Positions 18,337-30,000 are shown, numbered from the stretch's first letter. The stretch: 47,185 nucleotides of DNA from Verrucomicrobiales bacterium (GCA_031411295.1 JANOAV010000213.1:1-47185), one strand, 5' to 3'. A program made the numbers and translations. Notes: generated by a model not told the origin, from the letters alone.

Positions 18337-18436
18337 TTCGTAAATCGTAGTTTGTCATTCGTTAATCGTAAATCTAGCGCGCGAGGCGGGTGTGGTTAGA
18401 TTTACGAATAGGCAGTGACGATTTACGATTTACGAA
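18337..18436. repeat. 40-bp imperfect inverted repeat built from TCGTAAA heptamers
   Basis: Arms 18337-18376 and 18397-18436 give 32/40 Watson-Crick pairs with a 20-nt spacer. Confidence 0.85.
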
Positions 18437-18474
18437 GTGAATGGAAGGGACGGATGAAGGTGCAAGAAAAACGC

Positions 18475-18500
18475 AAAAGAGGCGGACGTTGCCGTCCGCC
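18475..18500 (-). terminator. Intrinsic terminator of rplU-rpmA
   Basis: GGCGGACG-ttgc-CGTCCGCC stem followed on the minus strand by TCTTTTGCGTTTTT. Confidence 0.8.
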
Positions 18501-18534
18501 CCTCAAGCTATGATTTTAAAATCAGAAATTTGCC

Positions 18535-18798
18535 TTAGTTGGCGGCAGCCACGGCAGCGAGGTCCACGTTGACCCGACGACCTTCACGGTCGAAGCGGAC
18601 GCGGCCGTCGATGATGGAGAAGATGGTGTGATCACGGCCGATGCCGACGCCAGCACCGGGAACCCACTTGGTGCCGCGTTGACGAATGATGATGTTACCA
18701 GCGATGACGGCTTGGCCGCCGAATTTTTTCACGCCGAGGCGTTTGCTGCGACTATCGCGTCCATTTTTGACGCTACCTTGTCCTTTTTTGTGGGCCAT
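18535..18798 (-). CDS. rpmA: 50S ribosomal protein L27
   Basis: [16 protein letters not shown]...RLGVKKFGG...IIIRQRGTK. Confidence 0.99.
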   Translation of the reverse strand: MAHKKGQGSVKNGRDSRSKRLGVKKFGGQAVIAGNIIIRQRGTKWVPGAGVGIGRDHTIFSIIDGRVRFDREGRRVNVDLAAVAAAN

Positions 18799-18840
18799 GA
18801 GATGAGGAAGTTAGAGGGTGAGAAAATGGAAATTGGAAGA

Positions 18841-19155
18841 CTAAACGGTGATCGCTTCGATCTTCACACGGGTGAGTTGGCGGCGGCTGCCCACGGTGCG
18901 GTGGTAACCTTGACGGCGCTTGTATTTGAAGGCAATGACCTTCTTGCGACGGTGTTGATCCACCACGGTTGCGGAAACTTTGGCTCCGTCAAGCACGGGA
19001 TCACCAATGCGGACATCGGCATCCTTGGAGTAGAAGAGAACTTCGCCAAAGACTGCGGTGTCGCCTGCGGCCACGTCGAGCTTCTCGACGTCGAGTGTAT
19101 CGCCCACGGCAACTTTGTATTGTTTGCCGCCTGTTTTGATGATTGCGTATGCCAT
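18841..19155 (-). CDS. rplU: 50S ribosomal protein L21
   Basis: MAYAIIKTGGKQYKV...FKYKRRQGY; directly upstream of rpmA. Confidence 0.98.
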   Translation of the reverse strand: MAYAIIKTGGKQYKVAVGDTLDVEKLDVAAGDTAVFGEVLFYSKDADVRIGDPVLDGAKVSATVVDQHRRKKVIAFKYKRRQGYHRTVGSRRQLTRVKIEAITV

Positions 19156-19361
19156 AACCGGAAGATGTGTAAGGAAATTAACGAGAGAGTCGAAGATTGA
19201 GGGGTTCGCCCCCCAGAAAAGAGTAAATTTACGAGAAATTCGGCCTGATCCGAAGGGCGGAGAGACTCCCACACCTCCTCCCAGCTGGCAAGTAGATTTT
19301 TTAAGTGCCAAAAAATACTCGGCTCCTGGCATCGGGGAAGGCGGGAACGTGGCGGGCGCAC

Positions 19362-22300
19362 TCAGGCCTCAATTGGACTGAGCGTTTCCGTTTCTGCCAC
19401 CTTACGCGATGGCAACAGGCTGTCGAACCACAGGTAAATGACCGGAGTGGTAAACAACGTCAGCAACTGACTCACCAGCAGGCCGCCCACCATGGTCAAG
19501 CCCAGCGGATGCCGTAATTCCGAACCTTCCCCATTGCCAATCATCAACGGCAGCGCCCCCAGCAGGGCCGCCAGGGTGGTCATCAGAATGGGCCGGAACC
19601 GGAGCAGACAGGCTTGGTAAATGGCATCGCGCGGGGTGGCTCCGTGGACTCGCTCCGCTTCCAGGGCGAAATCGATCATCATAATGGCGTTCTTTTTCAC
19701 GATGCCGATCAACAACACAATGCCGATAATCGCCATCACCCCAAGTTCAGTGTTCGTGACCTTCAGCGCCAGCAGCGCGCCCACGGCGGCGGAAGGCAGG
19801 GTGGACAGGATGGTCAGCGGGTGGATGAAACTTTCATAGAGCACGCCGAGCACCAGATACATCACGACGACTGCCGCCAGGATAAGCCAGAGCTGATTGC
19901 TGAGAGCGCTCTGGAAGGCCAGGGCGGCACCTTCAAAGCCCGTTTCGATGCTCTCCGGCAGGGTCAGTTCCTTTTCGATCCGGCGGATCTCCTCCACCGC
20001 ATCGCCCAGGGCTCTGCCAGGCGTCAGGTTGAATGAAACCGTCACCACGGGGAATTGGTCCGCATGAGCAATCGCCAGCGTGCCAGGTTCTTCCACGACC
20101 TTGGCAATGGTAATTAACGGCACCTGCTGACCGCCGGTGCCCGGCACGTGGACGTGATCAAAGGCGGAAAGTCCGTCCCGAAATTCCGGTGCGTGTTCCA
20201 AAACGACGCGGAATTGCCCGCTCTGGGTGAAGATGGTGGAAATCAACCGCTGGCCGAAGGCGTTATACAGTGCGGCATCAATCGCTGCCGCCGTCACCCC
20301 CAGCCGCCCGGCGGCTTCGCGATCAATCACCACCCGCGCTTGCAAGCCCTTATCCATCAAGTCATCGGCTACGTCTGCCAGCAGTGGAGATTGTTTCAGC
20401 CGATCCACGATTTTGGGCACCCACGTCTGCAGCACGGAGATATCCGGGCACTGCAACGTGAATTGATATTGCGTCCGACTTACCCGATCCTCAATGTTCA
20501 AATCCTGCACCGGTTGGAGAAAGAGCAGAGCCCCCGGCAGCGCTTTTGCCTTGTCCTGCAAGCGACGCACCACTTCGCCAGCCGTGGCCTTACGATCGTG
20601 ACGGGGTTTCAAATTGATCAGCAAACGTCCCACATTGGGGGTGGTGTTCACACCATCAACGCCTACGAATGACGAAACACTCTGCACCGCATCATCCTGC
20701 AACACCATGCGCCCAATGGCCTGCTGCTGCTCGCCCATGGCGGCAAAGGAAGTGTTCTGTGGGGCCTCAACGATCCCCTGAATCAGGCCCGTGTCCTGGG
20801 AGGGAAAGAAGCCTTTCGCCACGTCAAAATACAATGCCGCCGTCAACCCCAGCGTGGCTCCGAAAACCAGCATGGTGGCTGCGCGATGGTTCAGCACCAC
20901 CCGCAAAATTTTCCCATACTGGGCAATGATGCTGTCGAAACCACGGGCCACCGCCTTGGCCAGCGGGCCTTCTTCCCCTGTCTTGAGCAGTCGGGCGCAC
21001 ATCATCGGCGTGAGCGTGAGCGAGACGACGGCGGAGATTATAATCGCAATTGCCAACGTAATGGCAAACTCCCGGAATAGCCTCCCCACCACGTCTTGCA
21101 TGAACAGCAGCGGGATGAGCACTGCGATCAGCGATAGCGTTAGCGAAATGATGGTAAACCCAATTTGCCGTGCGCCCTTCAACGCTGCCTGCATCGGTGG
21201 CTCGCCTTGCTCAATGTAGCGGGCAATGTTTTCGATCATCACGATGGCATCATCCACCACGAAGCCCGTGGCAATGGTTAGCGCCATCAGCGAGAGGTTG
21301 TTGAGACTGAATCCGCAAAACCACATGGCGGCAAACGTTCCCACCAGCGACAACGGCACCGCCACTGCGGGAATCAAGGTGGCGCGCAGGCTGCGCAGGA
21401 ACACGAAAATAACCGCCACCACCAGTCCAATCGCCAGCAGCAGTTCCACCTGCACATCGTCCACCGAAGCCCGGATGGTGGTCGTCCGGTCTGTCAGTGG
21501 TGTTATTTCCACGGCGGCCGGCATCGTTTCCTGGAGCTTCGGCAGCATCGCTTTGATGCGATCAGCCACCGCGATGACATTTGCGCCCGGTTGCCGTTGC
21601 ACGTTGACGACCACCGCAGGTTGCGCGTTCGACCATGCCGCCAAACGCACGTTTTCCGCATCATCCACGATCTCCGCAATATCGCTCACGCGCACTGCGG
21701 CCCCGTTTTTCCAAGCAATGACGAGGTTGCGGTAATCGTCCACGGAGAGCAGTTGATCGTTGGCATCCACCGTGCTGCTGCGTGTCGGTCCATCGAAACT
21801 TCCCTTCGGCTGATTCACATTTCCCGCTGCGATGGCGGTGCGCACGTCCTCCGTGCTCAGTCCGCGTGCGGCCAGGGCCACCGGATTCACCCGGATGCGC
21901 ACGGCCGGCCTCATGCCGCCGCTCAGCGAAACCAGGCCCACGCCGCCGATCTGCGATAACTTGGGAGCCAAACGCGTTTCCGCCAAATCCTGCACTTTGA
22001 TCAACGGTAAACTCTTCGATGTCAGCGCCAGCGTGATGATCGGGGCATCGGCGGGATTCACCTTGTTATAAACCGGCGGATTCGGCAGGTCGGTGGGTAG
22101 TAAATTATTCGCAGCATTCATGGCTGCCTGCACACTTTGCTCCGCAATATCCAAGTCCAACCCCAGCGTGAAACGCAACGTAATCACCGAGGCCCCGCCG
22201 CTGCTGACCGAATACATTTGCGCCAGCCCCGGCATCTGGCCGAACTGCCTTTCCAACGGAGCCGTCACGGAAGAAGTCATCACTTCCGGCCCGGCCCCCG

Positions 22301-22454
22301 GATACAAGGTGGTCACTTGAATCGTGGGATAATCCACCTGCGGCAAAGCCGAAACTGGCAGCAGCCGATAAGCCATGGCCCCGGCCAACAACACCGCCAC
22401 CATTAGCAGCGTGGTCGCCACTGGGCGCTCAATAAAAATACGTGAGGGATTCAT
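19362..22454 (-). CDS. mdtB: MdtB/MuxB-family RND efflux permease
   Basis: [61 protein letters not shown]; proton-relay residues intact. Confidence 0.93.
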   Translation of the reverse strand: MNPSRIFIERPVATTLLMVAVLLAGAMAYRLLPVSALPQVDYPTIQVTTLYPGAGPEVMTSSVTAPLERQFGQMPGLAQMYSVSSGGASVITLRFTLGLDLDIAEQSVQAAMNAANNLLPTDLPNPPVYNKVNPADAPIITLALTSKSLPLIKVQDLAETRLAPKLSQIGGVGLVSLSGGMRPAVRIRVNPVALAARGLSTEDVRTAIAAGNVNQPKGSFDGPTRSSTVDANDQLLSVDDYRNLVIAWKNGAAVRVSDIAEIVDDAENVRLAAWSNAQPAVVVNVQRQPGANVIAVADRIKAMLPKLQETMPAAVEITPLTDRTTTIRASVDDVQVELLLAIGLVVAVIFVFLRSLRATLIPAVAVPLSLVGTFAAMWFCGFSLNNLSLMALTIATGFVVDDAIVMIENIARYIEQGEPPMQAALKGARQIGFTIISLTLSLIAVLIPLLFMQDVVGRLFREFAITLAIAIIISAVVSLTLTPMMCARLLKTGEEGPLAKAVARGFDSIIAQYGKILRVVLNHRAATMLVFGATLGLTAALYFDVAKGFFPSQDTGLIQGIVEAPQNTSFAAMGEQQQAIGRMVLQDDAVQSVSSFVGVDGVNTTPNVGRLLINLKPRHDRKATAGEVVRRLQDKAKALPGALLFLQPVQDLNIEDRVSRTQYQFTLQCPDISVLQTWVPKIVDRLKQSPLLADVADDLMDKGLQARVVIDREAAGRLGVTAAAIDAALYNAFGQRLISTIFTQSGQFRVVLEHAPEFRDGLSAFDHVHVPGTGGQQVPLITIAKVVEEPGTLAIAHADQFPVVTVSFNLTPGRALGDAVEEIRRIEKELTLPESIETGFEGAALAFQSALSNQLWLILAAVVVMYLVLGVLYESFIHPLTILSTLPSAAVGALLALKVTNTELGVMAIIGIVLLIGIVKKNAIMMIDFALEAERVHGATPRDAIYQACLLRFRPILMTTLAALLGALPLMIGNGEGSELRHPLGLTMVGGLLVSQLLTLFTTPVIYLWFDSLLPSRKVAETETLSPIEA

Positions 22455-22723
22455 AAAAACAGCCCTCCCGCCCGCCACAAAGCGGGATCATTCACGAATC
22501 CGAGCACAACAAAAATCATCTGTCCAATGGGCAACGCCCCCGTTCCGCCGTCAACCCGAATCCCACCCTTGGCCCCGTAAGCGCCCAAAGCCACGGAACA
22601 ATTTATTTGAGATTGGGCGTTCCACTCCGTCAATTTCCACCAAGACGTTGCATTTTTCGAAAGTGCCACTCTCGTTAGGCATGCCCGCTGATCATCCTGA
22701 GCCACCAGACGCTAAATCTTCCG

Positions 22724-23089
22724 ATCTGGCTCCAGCATCGCGAACAACACCCAAAAGCCAAACTCCCGCCCATCATTCCGTTCCTGTTGCATCAAGGACC
22801 GGATAAATGGTCCGTCTCCACCGAGTTCGTGGAGATGCTAGCATTTCCTGCGTCGCTCAAACAATTGTTAACCGCGTATCAGCCAAATTTTCACTACTCC
22901 TTGCTGGACCTCAGCCAGCAAAGCCCGAAGGACGAATCGTGGGAATCCATCGTCCAAGTAGCGCTCCAGCTCATGAAGGTCGCGCGGAAGCGCAAACAAT
23001 TGGAGCAATTCTTCTACTGGCTGGACACTCAAGTCATGCCGATGACGCTCGCTTTAAACGATAATGTTGTCGAATCTTCCTGGAATTAA
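22724..23089 (+). pseudogene. Remnant of an Rpn-family (Transposase_31/PD-(D/E)XK) recombination-promoting nuclease gene
   Basis: The frame extended upstream of the track ORF reads IWLQHREQHPKAKLPPIIPFLLHQGPDKW...YQPNFHYSLLDLS, the Rpn core. No N-terminal catalytic part is visible. Confidence 0.75.
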
Positions 23090-23135
23090 TTCATCCGGTT
23101 CCAAATCCGGCTCTTTGCATCCGAGGACGCAAAGA

Positions 23136-25385
23136 TCAATCGGGTTGCAGGGGCTTCGGGCTTGGCTTTATGCCCTGCAATGCCTGTAGGACACTAGCGC
23201 GATACTTTTGATCCAAAATGGATTCCGCCCATTGAGTAGCAACTTCGGGTTCTCCAACTTGGAACCATTTCTTCGCCAACGTGCCCTTGGCTCGGTCTGC
23301 TTTTGCTTGATCCTGCTGTAGCAACCACTCGGACGCGGCGGCCAAGTCTGCTTCTCCGCTTCCAGCTTTTTCCTGCCAGAGCGCTACGGCTTGCTCCAGG
23401 ATTCGATCAGTCGCTGCCGCAGACGGTAGCCTACGATGGATTTTCAGATACCAATCTGCTGCAGCTTGAGGATCCTCAGCAGCAAATTTCGAAATGACTG
23501 GACCGATCAGATTGGTAACTCCAACGGGCGGCAATCCATCCAGCCAAGCTGCGGTTTGCGAGGCAGATTCCTGCTTGAGCCGACTATCAACGATGGCCTT
23601 GGGATCTTCATACCAAATTTCGTCGGTCTGGCACAGAACTTGAAACAGTTGGTCAACTCGCGGCCAGCCTTGTCGGTCAACTGTGTAGTAGGATGAGAAA
23701 TTGGAGGCCAAAGCCTTCCGTAGAACAACACGTTGACGTTCGTTGCCGATGGTTTGGACTTTTTCGAGGGTGGCTTCGAACTGCTCCAGAGGAATATTTC
23801 CGAACACGATGGGGACTGCGTTCGTAAACCAAGGTGCTGGGTCACGTCCTGCCAGTGGCTGCAAGCAGCGCTCCCGGGCTGCGTCAGGATCCCGGGCAGC
23901 CAAATTCAGCACCTCCTCCCATTCGTCGTCCGCCGCTGCATCTGTCATCACGGGAGATAAAATATTTTCTGGCACGGTGCCATAGGCTTTGGAAAAAATG
24001 TCACATTCAGTCCCATTGCGCTTATCCAGCACAATCCCGTCCGTGGTTTCGTAGACTCTCGTTGCGCCACCAATTCGTGCAACAACGACGTAATGCAAAC
24101 CTGATTTCCCAACATAATCCGCTCGCAGGATCGGCAAGGTAGAGTCATCCCGGTCGGAGGCGAGCCCTGCGACATACGAAATACTATTCTCATTTGGACC
24201 GAGGGCTTTAGCATAATCGTCAGCCTTGGAGCCGATGTTGCCATCAGTTTTGCAGCTTGTGCCACCCAAGCAAAACAATTTCTCATCGTCCATCATTCCC
24301 ACGCGAAAAAGCTCCCGCAGGGCGGCGTTGGCATTGCGGTCTTTGGGATTTGGGAACTGTTGCTCATGCCCGGAAGCGTAGGCGAACAGAGCTTGGTGCA
24401 CTTGATAGAGCTGTTTCAGCGCCTGGGTCATCATCACCCGTTCCGCTGCCAGTAACCGATCGCGCTCCTCATCTGTGAGCGGTTGCTCACCCTTCAGCGC
24501 TGCAGTTGCTGCTTCTGCCTGCGCATTTCCTGATGATGTGCCTCTTTGTGATTTTACGTCCGGCAGTAATGCTGGGTTTGCGATGGACTGGGACTGCGGG
24601 CTAGATTTCAGCCATAGGTAAACGCCGACTCCGATTACGGTCATAACGGTAGCCCCGGCTAGCAAGGATTTGCCACGGGATAAACTGGCGAACCATAAGC
24701 TGGCCATTCCAGTTGAACCCGATGCTGCGGCCAATTTCCGTGCCGTGGCGCTGAGCGCTGCCACGGCCACGGGAGTGGCTGGCAGGGCCAATCCATGGCT
24801 TAAATGCGTGCCAACAGCAACCCCGGTGAGCGCGGCGTAACGAATCCTCAGCCGAGTTGCTAGCGCCTCTAAAGCGCGGCTGGCTTGTCGCTGGGTGGCA
24901 GCTTCACTTTTACCTAACGTGGTGGCAATTTCACGATAACTCAGCCCCTGCACATGCCGCAGCATGAGGATTTCCCGATCCCGGTCCCGCAGCCGCAGCA
25001 GGGCTGCATCCAGCGCGTCCAACAGGTCTGTATCGATAGCGGACGTTGGGGCTTTGGGCTGGGGATTCATCGTGTGTGATTGGTGCGCCAAGGCAGTGAG
25101 TTTCTTGCTGTAAATGGCCTCGCGACGCGTCAAATGAGCGCATTCCAACACCGTGGACCGATGCAGTCAGGCGCTCAGACTGGGGGTGGAGATGAGTTTG
25201 CCCGCCTTCCGAGCTGCCGTCGCAAAAACGCGTTGCGACACCTCGTCCGCCAAATGCCGCCGCTGGCCGCATTGACGGAGCGCGGTGGCCACCACCAGTC
25301 CCCCATACCGTCGCACGATCTCGGTGAAGGCGGTTTGATCTTGGAACTGATCCCAGCGTTGTATTAGTTCTGAATCTGTCTGCAT
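23136..25385 (-). pseudogene. ECF sigma-70 factor with TM and large extracytoplasmic extension, interrupted by an in-frame TGA at 25167-25169
   Basis: Track ORFs 25167..25400 and 23136..25151 share a frame. The junction reads SLSA*LHRSTVLE where region 2 has 'WL'. Region 4 is LRDRDREILMLRHVQGLSYREIA. Confidence 0.85.
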
Positions 25386-25445
25386 AACTCCATTCTGCAC
25401 GTTAATGCCTGAATCAGACAGAAATTTATTTCAGCGGAAGCGGCT

Positions 25446-26735
25446 TCACGACGGCACGGGCGGACCTTTCCCTGGCCGGCCTGCTCCGCCGCCTGCCGGG
25501 CGCTCGCCAGGTTTACCTGGAGGCCCCTCGCCACGGGCGGGGAGACTGCCGGGTGGGATGACTTCCACTTTGCCACCGTCTCGCATGCGATCCACGCCTT
25601 GGGTCACGACTTTTTCGCCCGGGGTGAGGCCTTCTTTTACGAGCAATCGCTCCCCACGCATGGCACCGGTCACCACGGGGCGGAGTTCCACGGTGTTGTC
25701 GGCTTTGACGACATAGGCATAAGGTCCTTTGTCGCCTCGCAGCACCGCGTTGGCGGGGGCCACGGTGGCCTGGCGTTGGGTGTCGACGAGCAATTTTGTG
25801 ATCACGAATTGATTGGGAAACAAGGCTCCATCTGCATTGGGTAGTTCTGCTTTGAGCTTCAAGGTGCCGGAGGCCAGATCGATCTGATTGTCGGTGGTCA
25901 GCAGTTTTCCCTTGGCCAGGGAAACGTTCATTTCCTTATCCACCGCTTCCACCGGCACTTCGGCGGCCGCTTGGAGAAGCTTGCGCACGTTGGCCACTCG
26001 CTCCTGCGGGATGGAGAACATCAGGCCCATGGGATCCATTTGTGTAATGATGATGAGGCCGCTGGCGTCGCCCGGATGAATCATGTTCCCGACATCGATC
26101 TGCCGCAAGCCGACCCGTCCCGTGATGGGGGCGGTAATTTTGGCATAGCCAAGCTGGAGTTCCGCACTGGCGATGGCTGCGCGATCTCCCACGAGGGCGG
26201 CCTCTGATTGCCGCACGAGTGAGGCTTGGGTATCGACCTGCTGTTTGGCGATGGAGTCCTGCTTCAGCAGTGCCTCATAGCGCACCAGATCGGCCTTGGC
26301 ATTGGCCAGGAGGGCTTCGTTCTTTTCCATGGTGCCGCGGGCTTGATCCAACTGCACTTGGAACGGGCGGGGGTCTAGTTCCGCGAGCAAATCGCCTGCC
26401 TTCACCAACTGGCCTTCTTTGAAATGAACTTTCTGTAGTTCCCCGTCCACGCGGCTCCGCACCGTCACCACATTCAGCGGCGTGACGGTGCCGGAAAGGT
26501 TGATCCATTCCTCGAAATCTTCTTTGGTAATTTCCTCCACACTCACTGGAACAGGCAACCCGATCCCGCTGGAGCCGCGTCCGCCCTTGCCCCCGGGCCC
26601 ACCCATGGAGGCGTCTGCGGGCACCCGATGCATCCACCACCAGCCACCGATCCCGCAAAGGGCCAGGATAAAAATAAAGCAACCCACCCGTCCTTTGACG
26701 GAAGTAAGCACAGGTTCTGACGGGATATGATTCAT
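25446..26735 (-). CDS. mdtA: MdtA/MuxA-family RND periplasmic adaptor
   Basis: N-terminal TM; VTVRSRVDGEL, ITAPITGRVGLRQID, DNQIDLASGTLKLKA, LFPNQFV. Confidence 0.93.
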   Translation of the reverse strand: MNHIPSEPVLTSVKGRVGCFIFILALCGIGGWWWMHRVPADASMGGPGGKGGRGSSGIGLPVPVSVEEITKEDFEEWINLSGTVTPLNVVTVRSRVDGELQKVHFKEGQLVKAGDLLAELDPRPFQVQLDQARGTMEKNEALLANAKADLVRYEALLKQDSIAKQQVDTQASLVRQSEAALVGDRAAIASAELQLGYAKITAPITGRVGLRQIDVGNMIHPGDASGLIIITQMDPMGLMFSIPQERVANVRKLLQAAAEVPVEAVDKEMNVSLAKGKLLTTDNQIDLASGTLKLKAELPNADGALFPNQFVITKLLVDTQRQATVAPANAVLRGDKGPYAYVVKADNTVELRPVVTGAMRGERLLVKEGLTPGEKVVTQGVDRMRDGGKVEVIPPGSLPARGEGPPGKPGERPAGGGAGRPGKGPPVPS

Positions 26736-27055
26736 AGCAAAATAGCACGCAAGCCAAGCAGAGGGGAAGTTGGAAAAGCGACAGGTTGCGGGAGAACAAG
26801 GCTATCCTTTGCCAACAACGCCGCGTCAACCCGAATCACTTCCGCTAAGGAGGAGGGAGGAGGTATTAGCAGTGGTAGTAATAATTATGCTAGACAGGAT
26901 GAGGCGAGGCGCTGCTTCGAAAGCACTTTTCCAGCGCGATAATTGGCAGGCGGCCGGGGTTGGTGAAAATTTAATGAAACAATTTTGCAAGATTTTGCTT
27001 TTTGGAGCGTCTTAACTAGGATCTAATCCGCCACGTTAGCCTACCCAAATATTTT

Positions 27056-30000
27056 ATGTTCCGAAATTTCCGTTCCTTGGTCGTTGTCACGTGTTGCCTG
27101 TGGTCCTGGTTGGGCGCAGTTGGCCACGGCAGCATCATCATCAATGAATTGATGGTCCGCCCGCCCGGCACGCCGGAGCCAACCGGACAGGAGTTCATCG
27201 AATTACTCAACACGGATCCGCAGGGTGCGGATATCAGCGGGGCTAAATTTGACAAGGGGATCAGTTATCTGTTTCCGGTCGATTCCATCATCCCTGCCAA
27301 TGGCTATGGCGTGGTGGTGGCCAATGTAGCGGCGTTCAAAGCGGCCCACCCAACGGTGCCGAATGACCTCATTTTCGGCCCCTGGACGGGGACATTGGGA
27401 AATAATGGGCAGACGCTGCGATTGATTGATGAGTTGGGCACCACCGTGCTCGCGACGATGAAGTATGGCTCGGAAGGGGATTGGGCCAATCGCTCCCGCA
27501 GTGCCGCAGATAGCGGACAGCAGGGCTGGGAGTGGCTGAATCCAGTAGAAGCGACGGGGAAGTCTTGGGAATTACGGAATCGACTGATGGATTTGTCGGA
27601 GGGACAGAACTGGGCGGCCAGCACGGTGATCGGGGGCACGCCAGCAGCTGTAAACTCGACGGAGCAGACCAACAGTGCTCCGCTGATTCTGGATGTGAAA
27701 CACACGCCTGCGATTCCCAAACCCACGGACGTGGTAACGATTGAGGCTCGGTTAGTAGATACCGCAACTCCGACCGGACAGGTTTACTGGCGGGTGTCCA
27801 ACAGCAGTCCAGGAGAGTTCGCGCAGGCTCCTTTGGTGCGCCAGGGTGTGTCCACCATTTACCGGGCCGTGCTGCCAGCGCAGCCAAATCTGACGGTGAT
27901 TGAATTCTATATTTCGGCTACGGACGGCGCTCTGACGCGGACGTGGCCCGCTCCGAACAATCTGGGGCAAACGACAAACTGTCTTTATCAAGTGGACAAT
28001 GAAGTGCTGCCGCTGGGGACGCCAGTGTATCGGGTGGTGATGTCGGTGCCAGAGCAGACGCAGTTCACCGGGATGACGACGCATACGGATGCCGCCATGA
28101 ACTGCACTTTTATAGGTGACGACGGATCTGGTCCCAGCATTCGCTACCGCTCGGATGTTCGCTATCGTGGTGCTAGTTCACGTGACTTCACCCCGGCACC
28201 GAATCGGATTGATGTGCCCTCGGATCACCCTTACAATGGTTCCAGCAAGCTGAATATTAACAGTAAATACACTTACCTACAGTTCATTGGGATGAAATTG
28301 ATGTATGCCTCCGGGGTGCGGGCACCAGATACGAAGCGCATTCTGTATCGGCGGAATGGAGTGAATGCCATGTCTTCCACGGCCGTGGAAAATTATGGCT
28401 ATTGGGCGCACTTGGAGCCGCTGGGCAGTGAGTTTGTGGATAACCACTTCCCCAACGATAGCGGAGGGAATTTATACAAGAAGGTCCGGCCGGATAATGA
28501 CTGGGCTTACCGTGCGGGTGTGGTGGCGAACTATGTGTCGGATGGTTGGATCAAATCGAGCAATACGGCGGCGGATGACTGGTCGCAATTGGACAATTTC
28601 CTGCGGGTGATGTCGCAAGCTCAGGGGGCGGGAAATTATCTGGCCCAGGTAGAGGCGGTAGCGGACTTGGATCAGTGGGCCAAGTGGTTTGCGGTGGAAA
28701 CGTTGCTCACTAACGGAGAAACGAATGCCAGCAACGGGGTGGACGACGATTATAGTATCTATTTCGGTGCGGTTGATAAACGTGCCCAGTTCGTGCCGCA
28801 TGACTTCGATACGATTTTGGGTCAGGGGGATTCCAGTAAGATCACGGACCCGAATCGCACTCTCTTTGACATGTCGGAGACGACGGATTCATTGGCTCCA
28901 CTGATCGCGTTGTTTGGCACCTCCAGTGGGGGAGGGGTGGCTTCGTTCCGTGAGAAGTATTTTACAGCGCTGCGGGAGTTGTGTCTCACGAGTTTCTCCC
29001 AAGCGCGTTTCGATGCCTTGCTGGATAATTACCTAACAGGCTGGGTGCCTGCGGCCAAGATCACGGAATTGAAAACGTTCATGAACAGTCGGCGGAATTT
29101 CGTGCTCGGCCAGTGCGCAACGGCTTTGGGAACGCCCACGCCGTCCGCTCCTGTAGCCACTTGGGCGGCCACAGTGACATCCCCGGTGAAGAGTGTGCAG
29201 CTTTCCGAGGTGGTGGTGAAGAATGCGTCAGGTTACACGGTGGGCGGGGTGTTTCCGGATTACGTCGAATTGCAAAATACCACGGACGCAGCGGTCAACT
29301 TGGACGGAATGCGCCTGACTAATCAGGTAACTAGCACGGGTGGGCTGGTGTTTCCGGTGGATACGATCATCCCTGCGAATGGATATCTCGTGATCCCAAG
29401 CGGAAATCTGGCCCCTGAGTTGAGCCTAGGTTTCGGTCTGGACCGGGATGGCGGAGCGCTGCGGCTGTATGCTGCTGCGGGGGGATTGGTGGATGCCATC
29501 GCGTGGGGGCCGCAAATTCAGGATCTGGCGATCTCGCGGACGGCTGCCGCACCTACGATTTGGGCGCTGACTGCTCCGAGTCCAGGCGTCGCCAACGGAG
29601 CAGCGTTAACCTTGGCGGATCCTAATCAACTGAAGTTTAACGAGTGGCTGGCCCTGCCGAAAAATCGCCACGACGAAGACTTCATTGAACTCTACAATGC
29701 CGCGACTAATCCGATGCCGCTGGGTGGGTTGCGCGTCACGGATGACGCGCTTAATTTCCCTGCGCTGCATCAATTCCCGCCGCTGAGTTTCATGGCGGCT
29801 CAGGGCTTCTATCTGTTGCATGCCGATGGCAATACGGCCACTCCAGGCAACTGGGGGGAACTGCCATTTTCGCTCGCGGCGCACCAGGATTGGATGAGCT
29901 TAGTGGGGCAAAATGGGGTGGTGATCGATCAATTTAATTTGCTCTGCCAGCAACCAGACGTGTCGCAGGGGCGCACGCCGGACGGGGCTGGAGCGCTGTC

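Noticed and set aside
18337..18436. CRISPR array or tRNA
   Set aside because: The repeats are inverted heptamers with no repeat-spacer periodicity and no cloverleaf. No cas genes are in the window.
25167..25169. Genome-wide TGA=Trp recoding or selenocysteine
   Set aside because: TGA is a normal stop elsewhere (e.g. 16693-16695, 41490-41492), other genes use TGG for Trp, and the position aligns to Trp rather than Cys.
26868..26895. dif-like site (TTATGCTAGAC resembles a XerD arm)
   Set aside because: Only 8/11 match to the E. coli XerD arm, and the would-be XerC arm (AGCAGTGGTAG) is a poor match.
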